32,000 bases of DNA from Kineococcus radiotolerans SRS30216 = ATCC BAA-149 (GTDB lineage: Bacteria > Actinomycetota > Actinomycetes > Actinomycetales > Kineococcaceae): assembly GCF_000017305.1 (NCBI RefSeq), contig NC_009664.2, positions 4,380,001 to 4,412,000 on the forward strand, written 5' to 3'. The position numbers and the translations under genes were made by a program. This document shows positions 1-7,682 of the stretch, piece by piece. The notes beneath the pieces are model-generated. The model was not told the origin of the DNA. It was given only the letters and a program-made list of their open reading frames with translations, and made no database searches. The first letter of the stretch is position 1. Every line of letters begins with the position of its first letter.

Positions 1-191
1 ACGACGTGGATGTCGAGCACCCGCCCCCGGATCCGCTCGCTGGGGCCGAGGTCGTGGTGGCTCTCGATGAGCCGTACTCGGCCGCCGGGCTGCAGGTAGC
101 GGATGCAGGTGAAGGTGACGAAGTCGCCGCGTTCGATGGCGGGTCCGCAGCACTCGTGTTCCCAGCCGCCCACTTCGACGATGACCGTCAT
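1..191 (-). CDS. hypothetical protein, possibly DUF6578-like (W-x-x-E-C-C-G motif); its C-terminal part lies outside the window
   Basis: Reverse-strand reading from ATG at 191 gives MTVIVEVGGWEHECCGPAIERGDFVTFTCIRYLQPGGRVRLIESHHDLGPSERIRGRVLDIHV.. and stays open to the window edge. Track ORF 6..449(+) is its antisense shadow. The family guess rests on the motif only, and there is no obvious SD. Confidence 0.45.
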   Translation of the reverse strand, partial: MTVIVEVGGWEHECCGPAIERGDFVTFTCIRYLQPGGRVRLIESHHDLGPSERIRGRVLDIHV

Positions 192-312
192 GAGGAGAAC
201 TTAGCCACTCGGGCGGCGTCAGCCTCACGCGAGAGGCACCCTAAGCGTCTCGATGACCGCGCGTCCTTCGACACGACCGCCGGATCGCAGCCGGCCATGG
301 CCCAGCCCGGAC

Positions 313-329
313 GTGGGATGGCCGTGACG
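313..329 (+). repeat. dispersed intergenic motif, degenerate copy E (gtGGGATGgCCGTGACG)
   Basis: By my manual alignment it matches the extended copy D (gcgggatgaccgtgacgtcgagcga) at about 20 of 25 positions. It lies between the 1..191 gene and the hydrolase. Confidence 0.6.
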
Positions 330-568
330 TCGGGTGGACGCCGCGGCGCACCGACGATGGTTGCACGGCTCGTCTCCTTCGCTGAGGAGTCTGACCGTGT
401 TCGTCCCCCCGTCCTCCCTCCTCACCGGCGCCGCGCGCAGCCGTCATGACCGGCGCCAGCCGTGACAGCAGTTCGGCGGGCTTGAAGCCTTCCGCACGGA
501 TCGCGCGATGACCGGAAGTCGCCCCGGCTGCCGCACTCTGGTGGTCACCAGCCCCTAGGGTCGCGGAC

Positions 569-1373
569 GTGGCAACCGGTGGCACCGACTCGACCACCCG
601 TGACGGCCGAGCCTCCTCGACCGGCGGGCGATCGCTGTCGTGGCGCAGCACCGGCCCGACCGGCGCGCCGGTACTGCTGTGGCTGCACGGCAACACCGGC
701 AGCGCCCGCACCGCCCCTGTCGTGGACTCCGTGCGCGTCCTCTCCTACGACCGCCCCGGCTTCGGCACTTCCATCCCGCACCCCGACCGGGACCTGCTCA
801 GCGACGCCGTCGACGTGCAGGTGCTGCTGGAGCAGTTCGACGTCGCCCGGGTTCGGCTGCTGGCGTTCTCCGGTGGCGCGGCCGTAGCCTTCGCCGCCGC
901 GGCCCATCTGGGCCCGGAGGTGGTGCCGCACGTGGGAATCGTGTCCGGCGCGACCTGGCCCACCGCCCCCGGTGGAGGCGTGGCAGGGCGCGGCGGAGGC
1001 GTTGCGCGCTGACCCCGCAGCGGCGGTGGACCGCCTGGGCGTCGAGGCGCCCCGCCTGGACCGGGAGGTGCTGGCCGATCCGTCGCTGCGGGCTGAACTG
1101 CTCGACGGGGTCGCCGACGCGCTCGCGGGCGGTACCGAGGGGTGGGTGCGGGACGCGCTGCTGGTCCGGAGCCCGTGGCCGGTGGCGCCGGCGCAGGTGG
1201 ACGTCCCGGTCACCTGGTGGCACGGGGAGCACGACGTCGCTGTTCCGCTGGTCGCGGCTGAGGCCGCGGTGTCGGCGTTGCCGCACGGTGTGCTGCACCG
1301 GCTGCCGGAGGCGGGGCACATCGGGTGGATGCACGATCGTGACGCGATCGTGCAGGCCCTGGTGGGCGCCTGA
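569..1373 (+). pseudogene. alpha/beta-fold hydrolase, split by a frameshift near 961-972
   Basis: ORF 569..1012 holds the N-terminal half (LLWLHGNTGS, nucleophile-elbow-like LLAFSGGA). ORF 972..1373, in another frame, holds the C-terminal half (VTWWHGEHDVAVP, LPEAGHIGWMHD). The frames swap at the C5 run in caccgcccccgg. The joined length of about 268 aa is normal for the family. Confidence 0.75.
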
Positions 1374-1398
1374 CGGGTTTCCTCGAAACGCGGGCAAC

Positions 1399-1413
1399 GC
1401 GGGATGACCGCGC
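1399..1413 (+). repeat. dispersed intergenic motif, variant copy A (GCGGGATGACCGcGc)
   Basis: Located 26 nt after the hydrolase stop, in the same orientation as the other copies. Confidence 0.55.
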
Positions 1414-1598
1414 GCTTCGTTCTGCGGCGTGCTCGTGCTTCACTGGAGTCCTTCGTGCCCTGGACCCGGCGCGGTGGCAGCACCACCTGATGACTCGGTG
1501 GGGAGGAGTCTGCGTACGGGTCTCTCACCTCGGGAGCCGGCCGTGCCCGCCCCGCCAGGTCGGCAGGTGGCACTGCGTCGAGCCGACGGCGCGGCGGG

Positions 1599-1637
1599 AG
1601 GCCTGACCTCGATCGAACAGCCGGAGGGGTCAGGCCT
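1599..1637. terminator. 10-bp inverted repeat (aggcctgacc / ggtcaggcct) with a 19-nt loop, in a convergent intergenic region
   Basis: Read directly from the sequence. It lies between the converging hydrolase and ADH genes. There is no U-tract, so the terminator role is only a guess. Confidence 0.25.
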
Positions 1638-1986
1638 TCGACGTCAGCGGAACCACCAGCTGACACGCGCAGGGGGCGGGCGGCGACTTCACGGATGCGC
1701 CCCGTCGACCAGTTCGCTCGCTCCGTCACGTCCACCGCTCCGACTGCCTGCGGTGTGCAGAGCGCGACCGCGCCGCCGTCGACCGACCCCGACGGCGCGC
1801 TGAACGGGCGACCGGACGTGCCTGAGGCGCAGGGACGGTGCAGGGGGTCGAGATCGCCGGTGGTGGGTGTCGGCTCCCACCGCGGGAGGACGTTCAGGTG
1901 GAGTCGGGCGAGTGTCCGAACCGCGGAACCGATCAGCACTGCCGGTCCGGGACTGGTGGCCTTGAGCGTCCTCGGCCGCATCGAGG

Positions 1987-3030
1987 TCACGAGGGGTGTA
2001 CGTCGGAAAGGTCGAGGGTGAAGCGGTAGCGGACGTCACCGGCGGCCAGGCGCTGCAGGGCGGTGTTGACCTGCGCGGAGGGGACCACTTCGACGTCGGC
2101 GGTGATGCCGTGGCGGCCGGCGAAGTCCAGCAGGTCCTGGGTGTAGCGGTGCCCCCCGCTGCCCGCGGAGGCCAGCGACTTGCGTCCGATGAGCAGGGCG
2201 GTGGTCTCGACGGTGACCGGGCCGAGGTGACCCAGGGAGCACAAGGTGCCGTCCAGGGCCAGCACCTGCAGGTAGGGAGCGAGGTCGTGGGGAGCGGGGA
2301 CGCAGTCCAGCACCAGGTCGCACGACCCCTGGGCTGCGGCCATCGCGGCCGGGTCGGTGGAGAGGACGGTGCAGTGCGCGCCGAGCCGGGTGGCGTCGTC
2401 GGCCTTGGCGGCTGAGGTGGTGAAGACGCTCACCTGCGCCCCCAGGGCCACGGCCAGCTTCACCGCCAGGTGTCCCAGCCCACCGAGCCCGACGACACCG
2501 ACGCGGGTGCCGGCGCCGACGTTCCAGCGACGCAGCGGTTCCCACACGGTGATCCCCGCGCACAGCAGGGGTGCGACGCCGGCGGGGTCGAGGTGGGCGG
2601 GGCGGTGGTAGGCGAAGCGGTCGCGCACCACGTACTCACCTGCGTAGGCGCCGTGGGTGGGGGTCCCGTCGTGACGGTCGCGGCCGCCGTAGGTCAACGT
2701 GGGGAACTCCCGGCAGTAGTTCTCCTGCTCCGCCCGGCACATGTCGCACTCCCCGCAGGAGTCGACGATGTTGCCGACCGCGACGGCGTCACCGACGGTG
2801 AAATCGCGCACCTGCGAACCGACCGCGATGACGTCGCCCACGAACTCGTGGCCCGGCACCAGGGGGAAGACGCCTGCGAGATCGTTGAGGGCGTGCAGGT
2901 CGGAGTGGCAGACCCCGCAGTGGGTGACGCGGATCGCGACGTCGTCGGGGCGCACGTCGCGGCGGGTGATCCGTGTGGGGTGCAGAGGCGTGTTCGGGGC
3001 GGGGGCCTGGTAGGCGGTCACAGTGCGCAC
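1987..3030 (-). CDS. NAD(P)-dependent zinc alcohol dehydrogenase (cinnamyl-alcohol / AdhC-like family)
   Basis: GVCHSDLH and GHEFVG catalytic-Zn motifs, the structural-Zn cluster CGECDMCRAEQENYC, the GVVGLGGLGH Rossmann motif and a C-terminal VRYRFTLDLS. The GTG start at 3030 follows AAGGAG (aaggagacaccccGTG). The 163-aa N-terminal extension in track ORF 1987..3519 is Arg/Pro-rich junk. Confidence 0.93.
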   Translation of the reverse strand: MRTVTAYQAPAPNTPLHPTRITRRDVRPDDVAIRVTHCGVCHSDLHALNDLAGVFPLVPGHEFVGDVIAVGSQVRDFTVGDAVAVGNIVDSCGECDMCRAEQENYCREFPTLTYGGRDRHDGTPTHGAYAGEYVVRDRFAYHRPAHLDPAGVAPLLCAGITVWEPLRRWNVGAGTRVGVVGLGGLGHLAVKLAVALGAQVSVFTTSAAKADDATRLGAHCTVLSTDPAAMAAAQGSCDLVLDCVPAPHDLAPYLQVLALDGTLCSLGHLGPVTVETTALLIGRKSLASAGSGGHRYTQDLLDFAGRHGITADVEVVPSAQVNTALQRLAAGDVRYRFTLDLSDVHPS

Positions 3031-3517
3031 GGGGTGTCTCCTTGATTCGTGGTGTCGGTCGTGGTCGCGGGGGTGGTCGCGGGGGTGGTGGTGCTGAACA
3101 CCCCGAAGTGGAGCTCGAGCAGCGGGCTGCCCGCTTCCCCGTCCTGCAGGTGGGTGGGGCGGGGCAGGCGGGCGGGGTTGGGCGGCTGGGTGAGGTCGGC
3201 GACGAAGGCGCAGAAGATCCGTCGGCGTTCTGCTGCGTCGTCGATGCGGGTGACCACGGCGGGCAGGTCCGCGCGCACGCCGTGCTCGAGGTGGACGATC
3301 AGGTGCGGATCGGTCAGCAGGTTCGCGCACCAGCCGCGCGGGCCGGGCAGGCCGCTGAGGAACCACCGGCCTTGGTCGGCGTAGAGCCAGGTTTCGATGC
3401 GGCGGGGGACTCCGGTGCGGGCGCCGGTAGTGGCGATGTCGATGGTGCGTTGCGCTGCGGTGAGGACCGGTCGAGGTCGAGCACGCGGTGCACGGCCTGG
3501 CCGGTGGGATCGGGCAC
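3018..3517 (-). CDS. nitroreductase-family deazaflavin (F420)-dependent oxidoreductase-like protein (DUF385 type); 5' end unresolved, possible frameshift
   Basis: The frame of track ORF 3018..3884 reads TIDIATTGARTGVPRRIETWLYADQGRWFLSGLPGPRGWCANLLTDPHLIVHLEHGVRADLPAVV..AERRRIF, typical of this family, but has no start codon between 3615 and this domain. The only SD-preceded start (ggaggcgatGTG at 3517) is in a different frame (MPDPTGQAVHRVLDLDR..). The stop overlaps the ADH start by 13 nt. Confidence 0.65.
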
Positions 3518-3535
3518 ATCGCCTCCGGGGTGAGC

Positions 3536-3551
3536 TACCAACTGGTTGGTA
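3536..3551. promoter_or_regulatory. operator candidate: TACCAAC-TG-GTTGGTA (7-bp inverted arms)
   Basis: Palindrome in the divergent intergenic region between the DUF385-ADH operon and the TetR gene. Confidence 0.5.
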
Positions 3552-3580
3552 GCGACCGTAGCTCCTCAGGGCCTGTGGAG

Positions 3581-3598
3581 CAACCGACCAGTCTGTTG
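3581..3598. promoter_or_regulatory. second operator candidate: CAACCGAC-CA-GTCTGTTG (8-bp arms, 1 mismatch)
   Basis: It shares the CAAC..GTTG arm ends with the 3536-3551 palindrome and lies 17 nt upstream of the TetR GTG. Confidence 0.4.
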
Positions 3599-3614
3599 CG
3601 AGTAGCCTGGTGGG

Positions 3615-4193
3615 GTGCGAGATGCTGCAGCGACCCGGCGCCGCTTGCTCGACGCCGCCACCGAGGAGTTCGCCGCCCACGGCATCGCCGGAGCACGGGT
3701 GGACCGGATCGCTGCGGCGGCGCGCTCGAACAAGGCGCAGATGTACGGCTTCTTCGGCAGCAAGGACGGCCTCTTCGACGCCGTGCTCGAAGAGCATTTC
3801 GAGCTCATCGTCAACGCCGCACCCCTGGACGGCGCCGACCTGCCTGGCTACGCCACCGCCCTCTACGACGCCTACCTGCAGCACCCGCAGGTCGTACGTC
3901 TAGCCACCTGGTCCCGGCTGGAGCGCCACGGCGGCGGCGGGGACCTGTTCGCCGACGGCGTGGACCACAGCGCACCCAAGGTGGCAGTGATCGCGGCGGC
4001 CCAGCGCGACGGGCACGTCGACCCCGACCTCGACGCCGCCGACGTGCTGTCCCTCGTGGTGGCCCTGGCGATGGCGTGGAGCCCGGCCAGCATCCTGCTC
4101 TCCGCCGGGGTGGACGAACCCGCGGCCGTGCACGAACGACGCAAGACGGCCCTGGCCGCCGCCGTAGGACGTGCCGTCGCGCCGAAGGGTTGA
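3615..4193 (+). CDS. TetR/AcrR family transcriptional regulator
   Basis: N-terminal HTH region RRRLLDAATEEFAAHGIAGARVDRIAAAARSNKAQMYGFFGSKDGLFDAVLEE. It is divergent from the DUF385-ADH pair. GTG start. Confidence 0.9.
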   Translation: MRDAAATRRRLLDAATEEFAAHGIAGARVDRIAAAARSNKAQMYGFFGSKDGLFDAVLEEHFELIVNAAPLDGADLPGYATALYDAYLQHPQVVRLATWSRLERHGGGGDLFADGVDHSAPKVAVIAAAQRDGHVDPDLDAADVLSLVVALAMAWSPASILLSAGVDEPAAVHERRKTALAAAVGRAVAPKG

Positions 4194-4379
4194 GCGAACG
4201 CCCACACCGGCCCGACGCCGATGCCGACGGATCGTGCTGGGTGCGGTCGGAGGACCGGCGTACCGATCGTTCGAGCAGTGCCTCCGTCGGTCCCGTGTCG
4301 GGTCCCGACCGACGGCGAGCAGGAACGCCGGGGCGGCGGAGGTGTGAGGGCTTCGACCGCCGGCCGCTGCGCACTCGAC

Positions 4380-4394
4380 GCGGGATGACCGTGA
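4380..4394 (+). repeat. dispersed intergenic motif, copy B (GCGGGATGACCGTGA)
   Basis: Exact 15-mer, 42 nt upstream of the 4436 start. The upstream flank GCTGCGCACTCGAC resembles the flank of copy D. Confidence 0.75.
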
Positions 4395-4435
4395 AGTGCA
4401 GGTGGTGGTGACTCACCTCCTGCCAGGATTGTTCG

Positions 4436-5065
4436 ATGGCCGTCCACCACCCAGCGACGATCGTGCCGACCAAGCTGGAGCTGCTGCAGGCATGGGTGCC
4501 GCACCAGACCTGGACCGGAAACGCCGACACTTCCGTCCTGACCAAGCTCGGGTCCTACCGCTTCGACGACCCCGACGGTCAGGTGGGGATGGAGACGCAC
4601 CTGCTGGCCACCGCCGACGGGCAGGTGCTGCAGGTGCCGCTGACCTACCGCGGCGCCCCCCGCGCGGGAGCTGACGACTCACTGATCACCACGATGACGC
4701 ACACCACGCTCGGCGACCGCTGGATCTACGACGCCTGCCACGACCCCGTCTACGTCAGCGCCCTGGTCGCCACCATCGTCACCGGCGGGCGTGAGGCCGA
4801 CCTGTACGCCGCCACCGAGCGAGGACTGGTGCTGGAGCCGACCACGACGCACGTGCGCGGCAGCGGCTCCTCGGGCGGCGTCCCGGCTCTGACGGCGCCG
4901 GCGGTCACCCATGAGGGGACCACGACCACGATCGACGCCGGCGTCAGGATCACCTTGCCGCGCGTCGTCGACGCTGCCGCCACGCCGGGAGCCGGTCCTA
5001 CGTTGAGCGGCACGTGGCCCGGTCAGGAGGTCCCCTGCGCGGTGGCCAGCGTGGTCGTCCCCTGA
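4436..5065 (+). CDS. CG0192-related / maltokinase N-terminal-cap-like domain protein
   Basis: MAVHHPATIVPTKLELLQAWVPHQTWTG...LGSYRFDDPDGQVGMETHLL...VPLTYRGAP matches my memory of the Mak N-cap signature. AGGA lies 7 nt before the ATG. Confidence 0.8.
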   Translation: MAVHHPATIVPTKLELLQAWVPHQTWTGNADTSVLTKLGSYRFDDPDGQVGMETHLLATADGQVLQVPLTYRGAPRAGADDSLITTMTHTTLGDRWIYDACHDPVYVSALVATIVTGGREADLYAATERGLVLEPTTTHVRGSGSSGGVPALTAPAVTHEGTTTTIDAGVRITLPRVVDAAATPGAGPTLSGTWPGQEVPCAVASVVVP

Positions 5066-5096
5066 TGAGAGGGCGGGAAGCGGTCAGGCCGTGACA

Positions 5097-5111
5097 GCGG
5101 GATGACCGTGA
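5097..5111 (+). repeat. dispersed intergenic motif, copy C (GCGGGATGACCGTGA)
   Basis: Exact 15-mer, 32 nt after the 5065 stop. Confidence 0.75.
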
Positions 5112-5183
5112 GGTCGTACGTCCTGCCCTTTGCGGGGACTTCGAGGTCAGTGACAGTCCTTCATCGCGGGGTGGGCGACGCAC

Positions 5184-5218
5184 CGCGCTCATCCCTACGT
5201 TGGTGACGTGGAGCGACA
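5184..5218 (+). repeat. flank-only relative of copy D (CGCGCTCATC-N10-TGACGTgGAGCGACA)
   Basis: It has the same 10-mer and 14 of 15 of the same 15-mer that flank the core in copy D (5386-5422), but the core is replaced by cctacgttgg. Confidence 0.55.
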
Positions 5219-5395
5219 GCGGTCTCGTGCGTGGCGGGTGGCGGAGCGCCTACGGCTCGTCGAAGAACCCGGCCTTCGTCCGGTGGGCAGCCGAGCGTGG
5301 TGGCGTCGCTTGGCGCTCGCCTTGGGTGTGGGTATCGGGACCGACATCCTCATCCGCGCCTTCGACCTCTTCGGCTGAGCTGCTGCGCGCTCATC

Positions 5396-5410
5396 GCGGG
5401 ATGACCGTGA
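5396..5410 (+). repeat. dispersed intergenic motif, copy D (GCGGGATGACCGTGA)
   Basis: Exact 15-mer, about 47 nt beyond the stop of the minus-strand gene 5457..6419. Confidence 0.75.
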
Positions 5411-5456
5411 CGTCGAGCGACACCCAGGGCCGGGCGAATCGCCTCCATGGGCTGAG

Positions 5457-6419
5457 CTACTCGAAGCCAGGAGCGACGTGGCGGTAGACCCCGCGCCAGC
5501 CGGAGCTGCGGAGGAGCTGGGCCCGACGCTGGTAGTCCTCCTCGTCGATGGCGTCCAGCCATCCCGGGGCCATGACGCCCTCGTGCTCGTAGACGCCAGT
5601 GGCGTCCACCCAGTGCACGATGGCGTGCTTCTCCCCGCTGCTGATGACCGTGCCGGGGTGATCCGGCTGCAGATCCAGGCTGTCCCGGATCGATCGGTCA
5701 CCGCTGACCTGCTCGCTGGCGAAGCGCACCCGTGTCCCCGCGGGGAAGGCTTCACCGCCGGTGATCCACGGGTCCTCGCCCCAGGTGGCCATCGCCTGCT
5801 CGTCCCGCCAGGGGAAGCTGGCCCAGCCCGAGGCCCGCAGCCGCTCGCTGGCCTGCTGGTGCTCCTGCTCAGTGATCAGTTGCAGCCAGTCGGGGTTGAA
5901 GCGGCCGTTGTACTGCAGGACCTCGGGCACATCGGCCCAGTCGATGACGGCGTGGGCCTCGTCGGCGGCCACGAGCAGTCCGGGGTGGCCTGGTTGCAGG
6001 TGCAGACGGCGGGCGACCTCGTCGGGGCCGCACCAGCGGACGTAGCTGCAGATCGGCAGATGATCGAGGCGGTGGTGCAGGTGCGGCTCGGCGTGCCAGG
6101 CCGCCATGAAGGCTTCGCCGTCGAGGGGGAAACCGGACCAGGTAGAGGCCCGCAACTGCTCACTGGCCTGCTGGTGCTCCTGCTCGGAGACCACCTCGAG
6201 CCAGTCGGCTTCGAGGTGACCGTGGAACTGCAAGATCCTGGACGTGTCGGTCCAGTTGAGGAGGACACCCTCCTCATCGCCGACGACGAGGAAGCCGGGG
6301 TGGCCTGGCTGCAGGTGAAGGCGATCGGCGACGTCGTCGGGGCCGCACCAGCGGAGGTGGAGGTTGCGGGGCCACTCCGCCAGGCGGGGGTGGATGCGGG
6401 GGGTCGGCGAGTCGTTCAC
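5457..6419 (-). CDS. hypothetical protein made of three tandem ~100-aa repeats
   Basis: The GTG start at 6419 follows AAGGAGA by 6 nt. Repeat 1 (about 6359-6108) and repeat 2 (about 6044-5793) share RWCGPDxVAxRLHLQPGHPG...DWL..(V/I)(S/T)EQEHQQASExLRAS.W..FP, about 58% identity by hand alignment. Repeat 3 (about 5735-5487) is a diverged copy (LDLQPDHPGTV...GWLDAIDEEDYQRRAQLLRSSGW). Confidence 0.8.
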   Translation of the reverse strand: MNDSPTPRIHPRLAEWPRNLHLRWCGPDDVADRLHLQPGHPGFLVVGDEEGVLLNWTDTSRILQFHGHLEADWLEVVSEQEHQQASEQLRASTWSGFPLDGEAFMAAWHAEPHLHHRLDHLPICSYVRWCGPDEVARRLHLQPGHPGLLVAADEAHAVIDWADVPEVLQYNGRFNPDWLQLITEQEHQQASERLRASGWASFPWRDEQAMATWGEDPWITGGEAFPAGTRVRFASEQVSGDRSIRDSLDLQPDHPGTVISSGEKHAIVHWVDATGVYEHEGVMAPGWLDAIDEEDYQRRAQLLRSSGWRGVYRHVAPGFE

Positions 6420-6532
6420 CGGTGATCTCCTTGCCGCCTCGATCTGGTCGGGCAGCGGGCGCTGCCGCTCACCAGAGGGGCGACCTGATCAAGGTAGCTG
6501 GTGTGGATGGGAGGACGCCAGCTTGACCTCGG

Positions 6533-7562
6533 TCATCGAAGTGAGCGGTAGGTCGGGTGGCGTCGTGGGGTGCCTGCGCTAGCGGGCGGGTGGTCCGCGG
6601 TGCTGGTGCGGATGAGGACGTCGTGGAGGGCGGCGGTGAGCGCGGCCGGGCCGGGCAGCCCGGCGCGTTGTTCGGGGGTCAGGGTGTCGTAGGTGGCGAC
6701 GGCGAGGGGGGTGGCGGCGCTGGCGAGGGAGTAGCGGACGACGGCTTCGTCGCGGCCGGTGCAGAGCAGGATCCCGACGGTGGGGGAGTGAAGGTCGTGG
6801 TGGCGGACCTGATCGTCGACGACGGCGACGTAGGTGCCGAGTTGGCCGAGGAAGCCGGGTTCGAAGGCGGTGAGGGTCTGCTCGAGGCGGTCCACCAGCG
6901 CCTGCTCCAGCGCTTTCTCCGAGGCGCGGTCGCTGAGGGTGAGGTGGTCGAGGACGTGAGGGTCACGGGTGAGCTGCTGGGCGAGTCCGGAGTCCGGAGT
7001 CCGGAGCGGGGAGCTGGGTGGCGAAGTTGGAGGGCGCGGCCTCGGAACGCAGGTGCAGATGGCTCATGATCTGGTGGGTGAGGACGTTGCGCGACCAGCC
7101 GTGCTCCACCGCGGCGGCGTACCAGTCGCGGACGGCGGGGTCCTTGGTGTGGGCGAGCAGGACGGTGATGTGGCCCCAGGGCAACTGTCCAACAGCCTGT
7201 TGGACGAATGACTCCTGGTCGGGCCAGGTGGCGGCGAAGGCGCGCATGGAGTGCAGGTTGGCGCGGGAGGAGCCGCGCTGGTCGGGGAAGGCGTCGCGGA
7301 GGTCGTGGGCGAGGCGGTCGATGACCTCGGCTCCCCACCCGGCGTCGTGCTGACGCTGCAGCATGTCGCGCCCGGTGGAGTGGTGCAGATGCAACAGCTC
7401 GGTGTTGGCGGCGCGCGCGGCGCGCACGCGGGAGGTGGCGGCGCGGACCTCGAGCTGCTCGAGCAGCTCGCTGTAGCCGGCGGGGAGGTCCACCGCGGTG
7501 CTGGTGGGAGCACCGGCGTCGTGGCTGGGGGGCTCGAGGTCGCGTGCGGGCACGCGCCGCAT
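6533..7562 (-). pseudogene. DUF1016 / YhcG-like PDDEXK-nuclease family gene, frameshifted and probably internally deleted
   Basis: The N-terminal part (ORF 6963..7955, from ATG 7562) reads YSELLEQLEVRAATSRVRAARAANTELLHLHHSTGRDMLQRQ..GWGAEVIDRLAHDLRDAFPDQRGSSRANLHSMRAFAATWP..LPWGHITVLLAHTKDPAVRDWYAAAVEHGWSRNVL. The C-terminal part (ORF 6533..6895) is in another frame and reads LEQTLTAFEPGF-LGQLGTYVAVVDD..PTVGILLC. Removing one 7-bp repeat unit at 6983-7003 joins the two frames. Confidence 0.85.
6983..7003. repeat. perfect 7-bp tandem triplication (gagtccg x3)
   Basis: Read directly: gcGAGTCCGGAGTCCGGAGTCCGgagcgggg. With two copies the minus-strand reading becomes ..NFATQLPAPDSGLAQQLTRDPHVLDHLTLSDRASEKALEQALVDRLEQTL.., which is in frame with ORF 6533..6895. 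Confidence 0.9.
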
Positions 7563-7682
7563 CCGGGCGTTCGGCTCGGACAGCGTGGTGATCAGGGAGC
7601 GGCTAGGTGGCGGCCAGCTGTGCGGCAGCGGGCTGGGGCGAAGTGGCCAGGGCTGGGCTGGAGGGCCTCTGAAGATGACGAA

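Noticed and set aside
545-1990. 481-aa minus-strand ORF spanning the hydrolase locus and the following gap
   Set aside because: It is antisense to a recognisable alpha/beta hydrolase and is Arg/Pro/Ser/Thr-rich with no domain-like motifs. This is the typical long shadow ORF of high-GC DNA.
3061-3084. 12-bp tandem duplication gtggtcgcgggg x2
   Set aside because: It is in frame (4 codons) within the Thr/Pro-rich C-terminal tail of the DUF385 protein (TTPATTPATT). That is ordinary low-complexity expansion with no frame consequence.
3031-3519. N-terminal extensions of real genes in the ORF track (1987..3519, 10737..12368, 12453..13955, 15563..16372, 16484..18997, 24620..26095, 23317..23922)
   Set aside because: The extensions are Arg/Pro/His-rich, overlap other genes, and there are internal starts with good SD sequences at the point where homology begins.
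313-5410. Integron attC sites or gene-cassette boundaries as an explanation for the dispersed motif
   Set aside because: There is no integrase and no R''/L''-L'/R' inverted core structure. The copies do not bracket single promoterless cassettes in one orientation.
4385-5487. Mini-ORFs starting at the ATG inside the dispersed motif (MTVKCRWW, MTVRSYV.., MTVTSSD..)
   Set aside because: Nothing is conserved after the first 3-5 codons, lengths differ widely, and the copies fall in different frames relative to the surrounding ORFs. The conservation is at the nucleotide level.
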